From: an uncultured bacterium
GTDB taxonomy: Bacteria > JAUVQV01 > CAWCAY01
Assembly: GCA_963793725.1 (NCBI GenBank)
Contig: CAWCAY010000006.1
Location: 28,478 to 92,477 of the forward strand
Direction of reading: 5' to 3'
Length of the DNA stretch: 64,000 nt
Shown here: positions 24,786 to 35,496 of the stretch, piece after piece
How positions within the stretch are numbered: the stretch's first letter is position 1
Layout: the number at the start of each line of letters is the position of its first letter
The notes under the pieces: model-generated
What the model saw: the letters and a program-made list of their open reading frames with translations, nothing else
What the model was told of the DNA's origin: nothing
Database searches by the model: none
Position numbers and translations under genes: made by a program

Positions 24786-26369
24786 CTACAGCCTGACCTG
24801 GCGGGCGAAGTGGATGAAGGGAAGCTTCCGGATCTCGGCCATCACCGCGTCGGGGATGACGTCGTCCACCCTGACGATGGCGATGGCCTTGCCTTGCTTG
24901 CGCTGGCGGCCGAGCTGGAAGTCGGCGATGTTCACCCCGGCATTCCCCAGGATGGTGCCGAGCTTGCCGATGACCCCCGGTTGGTCCTCGTTGGAGAAGA
25001 CCAGCATGCTCCCCTCGGTGATCGCCTCGAGGTCGAACCCGTTCAGGCTGACGATGCGCGGCGTCCCTCCCAGGAAGAGGGCTCCGGCGATCGACGTCTC
25101 GCTCTTCTCGGTGACGATGACCGCCTCCAGCGTGGAAGAGTAGATGTCGCACGTTTCCCGCTTCGTCTCCGAAACCTTCACCCCGCGCTCGCGGGCCAGG
25201 AACGGGGCGTTGACCAGGTTGACCTTCTCGCCCAGGATCGGTTTGAGGATGCCGGCCATGAAGGTCATCGACAGCGGCCGGATGTCGACCGCCGAGATGT
25301 CACCGCAGTAGGTCAGCCGGATCTCCTTTAGACCGCCGTCGATCATCTGCCCCAGGAAGAGGCCCATCTTCTCGGCCAGGGCGATGTAGGGGCGCAGCTT
25401 GGCGACCACTTCGGGGTCGAGCGAGGGCATGTTGACGGCGTTCGCGGATGATCCCCCTGGCGAAGTCGACCATCTGCTCGGCGACGGCCGTGGAGACGTT
25501 CTCCTGGGCCTCGGTTGTCGCCGCGCCGAGGTGCGGCGTGCAGACCACCTGCGGCAGCCCCACCAGCGGATTGCCCGCCTCGACCGGCTCGTTGACGAAG
25601 ACGTCGATGGCCGCGCCGGCCACCTTGCCCGACATGATGGCCGCGGCCAGGTCGGCCTCGTTGACGATGCCGCCGCGGGCGCAGTTGATGATCCGCACCC
25701 CGTCGCGCATCTTGGCGATGGTCTCGGCCCGGATCAGGTTCCGGGTGTCGTCGGTCATCGGCGTGTGGATGGTGATGAAGTGGGCCGAGGCGAATAACGT
25801 GTCGAGTTCGACCAGTTCGACGCCCAGGCTCTCGGCCTTCTCGCGGGTGATGAACGGGTCGTAGGCGATGACCTTCATCTCGAAGCCCTGGGCCCTCTTG
25901 GCGACCATCTTGCCGATGTTGCCGATGCCGATCACCCCCAGGGTCTTCTGGTAGAGCTCGACCCCGGTGAACTTGGTCTTTTCCCAGGCGCCGGCCTTCA
26001 TCGAGGCGTCGGCCTGGGGGATCTTCCGGGCCAGGGAGCACATCATCGACACGGCGTGCTCGGCGGTGGTGATGATGTTGGCCAGGGGGGTGTTCATGAC
26101 GATGATGCCCCGCTTGCTGGCCGCGTGCACGTCGACGTTGTCCACGCCGATGCCGGCCCGGCCGATGACCTTCAGCTTGCCGGCCGCCTCGAGGATCTCG
26201 GCGGTCACCTTGGTCCGGCTCCTGATGATCAAGCCGTCGTAGGCGCCGATGGCCTTCTTCAGCTCCTCGGGGGTGATGGTCGGGCTGCAGGTCGACCGTC
26301 GAGCCCCGGCGAGGCCTTCAGGATCTCGACCCCGCGGGCATCGAGCTTGTCACTGACCAGGATCTTCAT
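24786..26369 (-). pseudogene. serA: D-3-phosphoglycerate dehydrogenase (with ASB and ACT domains) with at least 3 frame slips
   Basis: ATG 26369 opens MKILVSDKLDARGVEILKASPGL. Two slips at about 26290-26270 give VDLQP / TITPEELKKAIGAYDGLIIRSRTKV. The 25300-26232 ORF carries GIGNIGKMVA and the catalytic core. A slip near 25430 leads into the 24786-25430 ORF (ACT domain, ..DQPGVIGKLGTILG..). Confidence 0.88.
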
Positions 26370-26402
26370 GGAATCGTCGTCCTCCTTCGCGCTCGGCGGT
26401 TG

Positions 26403-27551
26403 TCAGTCCAGGGCGGCCAGGATCGGCTCGGCGGCGGCTACGGCCGCGCCGCGCTTGAGGCCCGTCCAGCCCAGGTCGGCCAGGGACATCTCCACCGAGA
26501 CCAGGGCGGTGATGACGTCCAGGCGGTCGAAATACCCCAGGTGCGCAACGCGGATGATCTTCCCGGCGAGCTGCTCCTGGCCGCCGGCCACGGTGACGCC
26601 GTACTTGGTCACCAGGTGCTTGACCAGTTTCTTGCCGTCGATCCCGTCGGGCACGATGGCCGCGGTCAGCGCCTCGGACGGCGACGACTCGCCGTAGATG
26701 CCCAGACCCATGGCCCGGAAGCCTTCGCGGGTGGCCTTGGCCAACGCGGCGTGGCGACGGAAGAGATGATCGAGCCCCTCCTCCATGATGGAGGACAGGA
26801 CGTCGTCGAGGCCGATCAGCAGGGAGACGGCCGGGGTCCAGGCGGTGGTCCCCTTGTCGCGGTTCTTCTTCTCCCGGGCAATGTCGAAGTAGAAACGGGG
26901 CATCTTGGCCGCGGCCGCGTGCCCCCACGCCTTCTCGGACAGGGCGATGAACGACAGGCCGGGCGGCAGCATCAGCGCCTTCTGGGCGCCGGTGACCACC
27001 ACGTCGAGGCCCCACTCGTCCATGGGCATCGGGAATACCCCCAGGGCGGTGATGGCGTCGACCACCAGGACGGTGTTGGGGCGCTTGGCGCAGATGGCGC
27101 CCAGGGTCTTGATGTCGTGCCGGACCGCGGTGGAGGTCTCGCTGGCCTGCACGTAGACCGCCCGGATGGAGGGGTCGTCGGCCAGGGTCTTCTCGACTTG
27201 CTTCGGGTCGACCGCCGTGCCCCATTCGACGTCGATGTTCACCGGCACGCCGCCGTAGGCCTTGACGATGTTGGTCCAGCGCTCGCCGAACTTGCCGCCG
27301 CGGATGCAGATGGCCTTGTCGCCCGGCGAAAGGATGTTGACCACCGAGGCCTCCATGGCGCCGGTGCCGGACGAGGCGAAGAAGAGGACGTCCTGCTTGG
27401 TCTGGTAGAGGGTCCTGAGGTTCTCCCAGATGCGGGCTAGGATGGCCTCGAACTCGGGCGTCCGGTGGTGGATGATCGGTCGGGCCATGGCCAGCAGGGT
27501 CTGCTCGGGCACCGGCGTCGGACCGGGGGTCAACAGATATCTCTTCCGCAT
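26403..27551 (-). CDS. Class-V aminotransferase (serine-pyruvate / phosphoserine aminotransferase type)
   Basis: MRKRYLLTPGPTPVP..SGTGAMEA..TGAQKALMLPPG. An AAGGAGGAG RBS is present. It lies immediately upstream of serA. Confidence 0.85.
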   Translation of the reverse strand: MRKRYLLTPGPTPVPEQTLLAMARPIIHHRTPEFEAILARIWENLRTLYQTKQDVLFFASSGTGAMEASVVNILSPGDKAICIRGGKFGERWTNIVKAYGGVPVNIDVEWGTAVDPKQVEKTLADDPSIRAVYVQASETSTAVRHDIKTLGAICAKRPNTVLVVDAITALGVFPMPMDEWGLDVVVTGAQKALMLPPGLSFIALSEKAWGHAAAAKMPRFYFDIAREKKNRDKGTTAWTPAVSLLIGLDDVLSSIMEEGLDHLFRRHAALAKATREGFRAMGLGIYGESSPSEALTAAIVPDGIDGKKLVKHLVTKYGVTVAGGQEQLAGKIIRVAHLGYFDRLDVITALVSVEMSLADLGWTGLKRGAAVAAAEPILAALD

Positions 27552-27606
27552 GGTCGCTCCTCCTTGAATGGTCGACAGCCTGTTAAAAAGGACACAGCAA
27601 CGTCGA

Positions 27607-27636
27607 AAATTACCAGACCACCCCATCTGGTGTCAA
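27607..27636 (-). promoter_or_regulatory. Candidate sigma70 promoter for the aminotransferase-serA unit
   Basis: The minus strand reads TTGACA (27636-27631), 18 nt, TAATTT (27612-27607). This is ~55 nt upstream of ATG 27551. Confidence 0.45.
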
Positions 27637-29331
27637 GGAGAAAGGGTGACCTCGCGGGGGGGGGTGTAGCCGACGATGGCACCGTCCCGGACGGTCAGGA
27701 ATACCGGCGGGCGCGAGGCTTCCCTGGCGGCGTCCATGCTGGTCGGGCCGCACACGCCGGGGAAGTCCTTCAGGCCCGACAGCGCCCTGCGGATCGACTC
27801 CGGGTCGCGGTTGCCCCACCGGATCAGGCTGATGACGATCGTCGCCGCGTCGTACGCCTGGGCCGCCATGACTTCGGGAGCCTCGCCGAACCTGGCCCGG
27901 TAGCGTTCCACGAATCCACGCGCCCGTTCGTCATCCGAGCCGTCGAAGAAGGCGTCGAGGAAGACCACCCCCTCGACGTCCTTTTCGCCGATGCGCATCA
28001 GGTCCGGGTGGTCGAGGCCGCTTCCGCCCATGAGCACGTAGTCTTTCCGGACGATGTCGTGGAAGGTGAGCTGCGGCGCGATCAGGGCCACCCGCTGGTG
28101 GGTGTCGGGCACGAAGAGGGCCTCCCAGGTGGGGTGGAAGGCGTCGGCCGTGCCGTCGTCCTTGGTGATGTCGTTCTCCCCCTTGATGGCCCTGATCTCC
28201 TTGGCGAAGTCGGTCTGGCTCAGGGCGTAGGTGGCCGAGTGGGTGATCCGCCCCCCCAGGCTGGTCACCTCCTCCCAGAAGGCCCGCGAGAGGATGCGCC
28301 CGTAATTGTCGTCGGGAGCCAGCACGGCGAAGCGCGTCAGGCCCATCCCCTGCATCGCCAGGCGGGCGATGTGCCTCCCTTGCTGGCCGAGGGTCAGGCA
28401 GTTGCGGAAGAGGTACGGGCTGAGGGAAGGCAGGAACGGGGCCTGGGCCGCAGGGGTCAGGACGGGTATGCGCCGCTCGGCCGACAGGGGGGCGATCGCC
28501 TCGGCCACCGAGCTGAGCACCGGGCCGAGGATGGCCACCGCCCGCTCCTTCTCGACCAGGTCGATGAAGCCCGCCCTACCGGTTTCGGGATCACCGGCCG
28601 TGTCGTGGACGGCCAGCGTGGCCCCGGCAACCTCGCCATACTCCTCGAAGGCCAGCGTGAATCCCTGGAGGATGCGCCGGCCGAAGTACCTCGTAAGTGC
28701 CGTTCAGGGGGATCATCGCCCCCACGGTAAGCCCTTGGCTCGACTGCCCGTCTTCCCTCGAAGCCGGGGGGGCAGCCTCGCTTCGCGCATGGCCGGCATC
28801 GATGCCCCGCCCCGCGAGCCACTCCCAGCCCTCGCCCCGGCGGGACGATTGCAGCCGCCGGACGAGTTGCATGGCGCCGGCGTTCTCGTGCTTCGCCTCC
28901 AGGGTCTCCACCAGGCGGCGGGCTACGACGGGCAGGGTCGGCTTGCCGTTCCCGTTGCGGGGGAGGACGGCCTGGGCCTCCTTTTCCTTCCCCCGCTCGA
29001 GCAGGCAGTAGCCGAATGCCAGAGGCAGGACTTCCCGGTCGACTTCCGGCCCGGGCAGGCCGTCCTTCAGCGGCCTGAGGACCTCGGCCGAGCGGGCGCA
29101 GTCGCCCTGGAACAGCAGCGCCAGGCCGTGGTGGTAACGCAGCGCGTCGTCCGGCATGGCCTTCCGGGCTATGGCTTCGTAGAGCTTGATGCTGATGGAG
29201 AAATCGCCCCGGCGGTAGTAGCGTTCCGCCTCGGTCTCCAGGTCGGCCGCACGGAGAAGGGACGGCGCAAGGATCGCGGCGACGATGCATAGGCCGGCGA
29301 GGACGCCGGGCAGGGTGGACCGCCTGAACAC
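27633..29331 (-). pseudogene. Periplasmic TPR plus type-1 binding-protein (LivK/Peripla_BP_6) fold protein, LpoA-like, with a single frame slip
   Basis: A signal peptide (MFRRSTLPGVLAGLCIVAAILAPSLLRA) is followed by a TPR-like region. ..TVGAMIPLNGTYE slips at about 28690 to YFGRRILQGFTLAFEEYGEVAGATLAVHDTAGDPE..AILGPVLSS.., continuous with the 27633-28538 ORF. Confidence 0.7.
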
Positions 29332-29350
29332 GAAGGGGCTATGGACGAGA

Positions 29351-30289
29351 CTAGCCGTCCATCTCCTTGAGGAAGTCGAGCGCCTGGATCTCCTCGGCGT
29401 CGAGTTGACCGGCGGCCTTCTCCTGGGGAGGGGCGGGCGGCGCCGGCTCCGGCACGACCACCCCGTTGGCCGCCAGCCGCTTGAGGCCCAGGTCGTCGGC
29501 CACTTCGTTGACCAGGTCCACGCCGATCTTCTTCTCCTTGAGGAGGAAGGCTTCGAACAGGGCGTTGTCGCACAGGATGTTGATCAGGCGCGGGATGCCG
29601 CGGGAAAAGTCATGGATCGCGTTGAGCGCCTCGGCGGAAAAGAGCGGCTGGGTGCAGCCGGCCACCTTGAGGCGGTGGGTGACGTAGGCAGCGGTGGCGG
29701 CCGGTTTCATCGAGTCGAGCCGGTAGCGGAAGGCCACCCGCTGCTTGAGCGGTTCGTCCAGCGACAGGAACTGGTTGATGGTCGGCAGGGCGAAGAAGAT
29801 GAAGGTGATCAGCTTGGCCCCCGGCTCCTCGAGGTTCAGCAGGCCGCGAAACTCCTCCATCAGTTCGCGGGTCTGGAGCATCTGGGCCTCGTCCACCAGC
29901 ACGACCGCCTTGCGGCCCGAGTCGTGTATCTCGGCCAGCCGCCGGCACAGGGCGCTCAGGAGTTCAACCTTTCCCTCGGACATCTCCTTGACGCCCAGTT
30001 GGACGGCGATCTTCCGCAGCAGCCACTCGGCGGTGACGGCCGAGTGGACGATCACCAGCAGCACCGATTCGTACTCCTGCTCGCCGAGGTTGTCGAGCAT
30101 CTTGCGGGCCAGGGTCGTCTTGCCGGTGCCGATGTCCCCCTCGAGGATGGCCAGCCCCTTCATGGTCGACGCGGCGTACATCAGCCGCAGCATGGCTTCC
30201 TGGTGCTGCTGGCTGTCGAAGTAGAAACGGTTGTCGGGAGTGTTCGAGAACGGTTGTTCCTTGAGGTGGAAGAATTCCTCGTAACTCAT
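29351..30289 (-). CDS. ExeA/MshM-like AAA ATPase (general secretion protein A family)
   Basis: Walker A GDIGTGKTTLARKM, Walker B VVLVDEAQ, and FSRGIPRLINILCD. Intact at 312 aa. Confidence 0.85.
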   Translation of the reverse strand: MSYEEFFHLKEQPFSNTPDNRFYFDSQQHQEAMLRLMYAASTMKGLAILEGDIGTGKTTLARKMLDNLGEQEYESVLLVIVHSAVTAEWLLRKIAVQLGVKEMSEGKVELLSALCRRLAEIHDSGRKAVVLVDEAQMLQTRELMEEFRGLLNLEEPGAKLITFIFFALPTINQFLSLDEPLKQRVAFRYRLDSMKPAATAAYVTHRLKVAGCTQPLFSAEALNAIHDFSRGIPRLINILCDNALFEAFLLKEKKIGVDLVNEVADDLGLKRLAANGVVVPEPAPPAPPQEKAAGQLDAEEIQALDFLKEMDG

Positions 30290-30324
30290 GTCGCGTCAGC
30301 CCTCCACGATGAATGGCGTGCCCG

Positions 30325-33133
30325 TCACAGGTAGCTGACCTTGGCCTTGCCCTTGGCTCTCGGTTTCGGCGCCTCGGGAGGAGGCTCCTCGGCCGGGGGC
30401 GGCTGGGGCGCCGGTTTCTGGACCGTCACCCCCACGGGCTCGATCAGCGAGGCTTCCCCCGCGATCCGGTCCATCACCCCCAGTTCGCGCAGCTTGTCCT
30501 GGATGGACTGGAATTCCGAATCGATGTCATAGATGTTCAGGTAGAGTTCGACTGCCTTGTCGTGATCGCCCATGTCCTCGTACAGTTCGGCCAGTTCCCA
30601 CAGCAGCCCCTTGCGCGCCACGTCCTCCTGGCCGAGCCTTGCCAGGGCGCTCAGGAAGGCCTGCATGGCGGCGGCCATGTCGCCCCGCTCCTTGAAGATC
30701 AGCGCGGTCATGCTGACGGCGTCGGTGAAGAAGGCGGGCGACCGTGCGGCCAGGTCGAATTCCGTCAGGGCCTCGTCCAGCAGGCCCATCTCCTTGTAGG
30801 CGATGCCCAGGTTGTAGTGAGTCTCATAATCCTCCTCGGGCAAATTCTCGCGGACGCTCTGCTGGAACTCCTGGAAGATGTCGCGGAGGCTCTCGTCCTC
30901 GAATGTCGAGGCCGGGACGGGCGGCTTCTCGAGTTCCGTCCGGAGGTCATCCAGGAAGCTGGAGAAATCCGCGGCCGGAGGTGTGGCGGCCGAAGGGGCG
31001 CCCTCCCCGCCTCGGATGGTCATCTTGGTCTTCTGCTTCGGCTGGGGCATCTCGACTTCCAGGTCGCGCCCGAAAGCCTCGAGGTCCTGCTGGTCGATGA
31101 CCAGGAATTCCGGCTCCTGCGCCGGGGGTGGTGGAGGCGGCGCCTCGGGCTTCTTCCGGCCGGCCTCGAGTTTGCGCAGGCGGTCGGCCGCGCCGGCATG
31201 GCCAGGATTCTTGTCCAGGATCGCCCGGCAGGCCGCCTCGGCCTCGTCGACAAGCCCCTGCTGGAAGTAGAACTCGGCCTCGGCCCACTCCTCGTCGACC
31301 GAAGCCATGGCGGGGACGGGCTCGATCAGCCCGGGCTCCAACTCCGCAGCTCCGGTCACGGCCGCCGACGGTTCCCGGGCCGGTTCGACCTCCTTCTCGA
31401 GGACGGGCATGTCCAGCAGGCTGTCGTCCAGCTCGATCTCGTCCTCGTCGAACTCGACGACGCCCTCCGGGACGGTCACCGAGGCGCTCTTGCCGCTCGG
31501 GACCTGCTCGAGATCCTCGGGGCCGTAGGTGACCACCAGGTCGGCCAGGGCGTCCTTGGCCTGCTGGTTGTTCCGTTCGATACTGAGGATCTCCCGGGTA
31601 CTGGTCGGTGGCATCGGCGATCCGCCCGGCCTTGCGGTGGAGGGCGGCCAGCTCGAAACAGATCTTCACCTGGCCGGCGGACCGGTTCTGCTGGCGATAC
31701 AGCTCCTTGAGCAGGTCCAGCGCCTCGATCGAGGGAGACTGGAGCACCAGCCTGTTCAATTCCTTCTCGGCATCCGAGAATCGCCCCTGGGCGAGCAAAC
31801 CCTGCGCCACCCCCATGGAAGACCCGGCGGAGGGGGCGGCGGCCGCCTCTTCTTCCTCGACGAGGGTGAGTTCCTCCTCGTCGGCCTCGGTCAGCAAGGG
31901 AATCTCGTCGAAGACGACCTCGCCGGCCGTCTCCTCGGAAGGGGGTGGCGGCGCCGGAGCGGCAAACGTCCCGCCCCCGGAGCCGGCCAGGCGCGCCCAC
32001 TCGGAATTGCCCGGATCGATCTGGGCCAGCTTGCCGTATACGCCGCGGGCGTTGGTGGGCAGCCCCTTCTGCTGGTAGAGCAATCCCAGGTCACGGTAGG
32101 CCTCGATCAGGCCGTCGGTATTGCCCGACTGGGTACGGATCTCTACCAGTTTCTGGAGGACAGCGTGGTCATCCGGCGAGGCTTTCCTGACTTCGAGGAT
32201 CAAGGCCTCGGCGCGGTCCCAGCGGTTCTCCTTGAGGTGCTCGCCGACCAGCTTCATCAGCAGTTCGACGCCTTCCTTGGCCTGACCGGCCCGGAGCAGC
32301 ACGAGACCGAGCTGCTCCCGCGACGTCGTGACGGTCGGGTCGCGCTCGACCAGCTTCCGCAGCACGCCGATCGCCTCGTCGTCGATCCTGAGCTTGATCA
32401 ACACCGAGGAGTAGACCTTCAGGAAGTCGCCGTCGGCCATCCCCGCCTCGCGAACCGGCCGGAGGTGTTCGAGGGCCTGCTCCGGCTGTCCGGCCTTGAC
32501 TTCCTGCCCAGCCACCAGCAGGGCCGCCCGGAGGTTCTTCGGCTCGACCTCCAGCACCCGCGCCAGGAGCTTGGCGGCGTCCTCGGTCTTCCCCGCAGCC
32601 AGGCACGCCTCGGCCGCCCTGGCCCAGGCCTCGGCCGCCTGGGGGAGCATCTTCTCCCTGAAGTACATATTGCCGAGCTTGCTCCTGACGGCGATATTGC
32701 CCGGCTCGAGGTCGGCCAGTTTGCTGAAGATCGCCAGGGCCTTCTTGGTGTCGCCCTTCTTGTCGTAGATGCTGGCCAGCTCGATGTAGTACTTGCGGGC
32801 GTCGCCGATCATCCTCTGCTTGGCGCACAAGTCTCCCAGGAAAGCCTTGGTGTCGAGCTGGCCGGGGTCGATCTTGAGGACCTTCTGGCACATGGCGATG
32901 GCCTTGACCGTCCAACCGTCGGCATCGAACAGGGTGCCCAGCTGCTGGAAGATCTTGACCGCCTCGGCGTTGCTGTTCTTCTTGAGGTATAGGTCGCCGA
33001 GGTTGTTGAGGACCCGGGTGTCCTTCGGGTTCAGCTTGAGGATCGCCCGATAGACCTCGATGGCCTTGTCGGGCTTGTTGTCAGCTGTGAACTTGAGTGC
33101 CTGCTTGAGCAGGTCCTTGACGCTGTCGGCCAT
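30325..33133 (-). pseudogene. Large TPR-repeat protein (~935 codons) with acidic and Pro-rich linkers, with a single frame slip at a CCCGGG run
   Basis: It starts with MADSVKDLLKQALKF at ATG 33133. TPR-type repeats run throughout. ..AGRIADATDQY slips at 31593-31598 to REILSIERNNQQAKDAL, which is the 30325-31614 ORF. Confidence 0.7.
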
Positions 33134-33168
33134 CGTTACCCCGCGAAGAGAAATGAATGCACACAATA

Positions 33169-33197
33169 ATAATAGAATGACGCGGGCGAAAGGTCAA
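33169..33197 (-). promoter_or_regulatory. Candidate strong sigma70 promoter for the TPR / ExeA-like / LpoA-like unit
   Basis: The minus strand reads TTGACC (33197-33192), 17 nt, TATTAT (33174-33169). It sits in the only AT-rich gap of this region. Confidence 0.55.
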
Positions 33198-33986
33198 TCA
33201 TCCTGCGGCGGCCGCGGAGGACGCCGGGGACAGCGCAAGGTAACCGCGCGCGGCGGCCCGCGCCGCACGGTCCAGGTCCGTCGGCACGGTGGCCTCATCC
33301 CATCCCCCGCCGGTGATCCCGGCGAGCCCGGCCGCGAGGGCGTCCTCAACCTCCCCGGCGGACACCGGACGGTCGAGGATTTCCCCGAGCGACGCCACCC
33401 CGCGGGCCGCGCCGGGGCCGAAGACGCCTTCCCACAGGCCCGCGTCGACCTCCAGCAAGACCGACCCGTGCTGCAGGAATCCCGCCGGCGAGCGCACCTG
33501 GGCGCTGCCGACCAGCTTGCGCCCCTGGTGGACGATTTCGCACCGGGAGGGTGATCGGAAGCAGTTGGCCGATCGGGGCGGGGCGGGACCGCGGCGGTCG
33601 GCAGATCCGGCGGACACGCCCAGGAGCGCGAACGCCCGGAGGAGCCCGCCGGCAATCCGCTCGTACAGGTCGGTCACGCCCATCGGCGGGAAATCCTCCC
33701 CCCAGGCTGCGGCGATCGAGTAGGTCACCTCGCGGTGGTGGAGGACCGCCCGCCCGCCGGTCATCCGCCGCACCAAAGGCAGGCCGAGCCGGCGGCAGGC
33801 GCCCAGGTCGATCCCGGCGGACACGTCCTGGAAGCGGCCGATCGACACCGCCGGGGGGTTCCAAGAGTAAAAGCGCAGCGCGGCGCCGCCGTTACGGCAG
33901 CACTCCTCCAGCAGCAGGGCGTCGAGGGCCATGTTGTAGCCGGGTTCCCCCGGACCGCCGCGGATCAGGCGCATCGTGCCGCCCAC
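33198..33986 (-). CDS. Lipoate-protein ligase / octanoyltransferase family protein (BPL/LPL catalytic domain)
   Basis: NMALDALLLEE..LRFYSWNPPAVSIGRFQ..RRMTGGRAVLHHREVTYS..GRKLVGSAQ. It lies directly downstream of the gcv genes. Confidence 0.85.
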   Translation of the reverse strand: MGGTMRLIRGGPGEPGYNMALDALLLEECCRNGGAALRFYSWNPPAVSIGRFQDVSAGIDLGACRRLGLPLVRRMTGGRAVLHHREVTYSIAAAWGEDFPPMGVTDLYERIAGGLLRAFALLGVSAGSADRRGPAPPRSANCFRSPSRCEIVHQGRKLVGSAQVRSPAGFLQHGSVLLEVDAGLWEGVFGPGAARGVASLGEILDRPVSAGEVEDALAAGLAGITGGGWDEATVPTDLDRAARAAARGYLALSPASSAAAAG

Positions 33987-34002
33987 GGCCCCCTCCCGAT
34001 CC

Positions 34003-35496
34003 TCAGGCCCCCGGTTCGGGGGGTGTCCAGCGGAGGCGCGGCCTGCGCGCGGCCGCCGTCTCGTCCAGTCGGCCGAGGCGGGTTCCCTCGGGCGCCCCCT
34101 TCAGCAGTTCGGGGGCCTCATGGGCCTCGCGGGCGATCTCCTGCATGGCGGACGAAACGATCCAGCGTCTCGTTGCTCTCGGTCTCGGTCGGCTCGATCA
34201 TCAGCGCGCCGGAGACGATGAGCGGGAAGTAGATCGTGGGCGGGTGGAAGCCGTGGTCCATCAGCCGCTTGGCGATGTCGAGCGTCTTGCCGTCGTTCTG
34301 GCTGGTCGCGTCCGAGAACACGCACTCGTGCTTGCACAGCCGGTCGTAGGGCAAATGATACGCGCCCTAGCTGATGCATGAGGTAGTTGGCGTTCAGGAC
34401 CGCCGTTTCCGCCGCCTGCGCAGGCCCGCCGCCCCGAGGCTTCGGATGTAGGCGTAGGCCCGCACCATCACGCGGAAGTTGCGGCGAAGGAGCGCACCTT
34501 GCCGATGGCTCGTGGCCGGTCGAGTCCTCTGCCAGGACGAACGCGTCGCTCCGCTTCTCGCGGCACCGGCACCGGCAGGAAAGGTGCCAGGTGCTTCCGA
34601 CACCCACCGGCCCTGCGCCCGGGCCGCCCGCCGCCATGGGGCTGGAGAAGGTCTTGTGCAGGTTGATCTGGATCACGTCCACGCCCCAATCGCCGGGCCG
34701 CGTGACTCCCATGATGGCGTTCAGGTTGGCGCCGTCGCAGTACACCTGGCCGCCCTTGGCGTGGACGATGGCGGCGATCTCGGCGATGTGCTCCTCGAAG
34801 AGCCCCAGCGTGTTGGGGTTGGTGATCATGATCGCCGGCGACCTGGTCGTCCATGGCCTCGGCCACCGGCTGCGGCTCCACCACGCCCCGCGGGCCCGAC
34901 TTGACTGGCACAACCTGGTAGCCGCAGAGGGCTGAGCTGGCCGGGTTGGTCCCGTGGGCCGACTCGGGGATGAGGATCTTCGGCCGCGGGATTGCCCCTT
35001 GGACTGGTGGTAGGCGCGGATCATCATGACGCCGGTCAACTCGCCGTGCGCCCCGGCCGAGGGATGGAGCGACACGCGGTCGAGGCCGCTGATCTCCGCC
35101 AGGTACCGCTCCAGCTCCCACATCAGCTCCAGCGCCCCCTGGGCCAGCGCGTCGGGCGGGTAGCGGATGCGCTCTGGCAAAGCCGGGCAGCCGCGCCACG
35201 TCCTCGTTCACCCGGGGGTTGTACTTCATCGTGCACGAACCGAGCGGGTAGAAGCCCAGGTCGATCCCGAAGTTCCACTGCGAGATCCGCGTGTAGTGGC
35301 GGACCACGTCCACCTCGCTCACCTCGGGCAGGCCGGGGATTCCCGGCGGACCAGGGCCGGCGGGAGCAGCGCGGCGGCGCGTCCGGGTAGGGACTCGTCC
35401 AGGAAGGGGGAGGCGCACGCGCCCGGCCGGCCCCTGCTCGAAGATCAACGGTTCGTTGAAGTCCAGCCCCCGGGCGGCCTCGATCCGGGCGCTCAT
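34003..35496 (-). pseudogene. gcvPB: Glycine dehydrogenase (decarboxylating) subunit 2, heavily frame-broken (many slips, some compensating)
   Basis: The start is MSARIEAARGLDFNEPLIFEQG, preceded by GGGAGG. Conserved blocks are scattered over three frames: LPEVSEVDVVRHYTRISQWNFGIDLGFYPLGSCTMKYNPRVNE; SLHPSAGAHGELTGVMMIRAYH; ILIPESAHGTNPAS; MITNPNTLGLFEEHIAEIAAIVHAKGGQVYCDGANLNAIMGVTRPGDWGVDVIQINLHKTF; AVLNANYL; [35 protein letters not shown]. The stop I derived is TGA at 34003-34005. Confidence 0.85.

Noticed and set aside
24733-25152. The first 140 codons of the 472-aa ORF 23734-25152.
   Set aside because: This is an out-of-frame reading across the serA ACT-domain region. The HisZ-like sequence only begins at MDFPAGV (24732).
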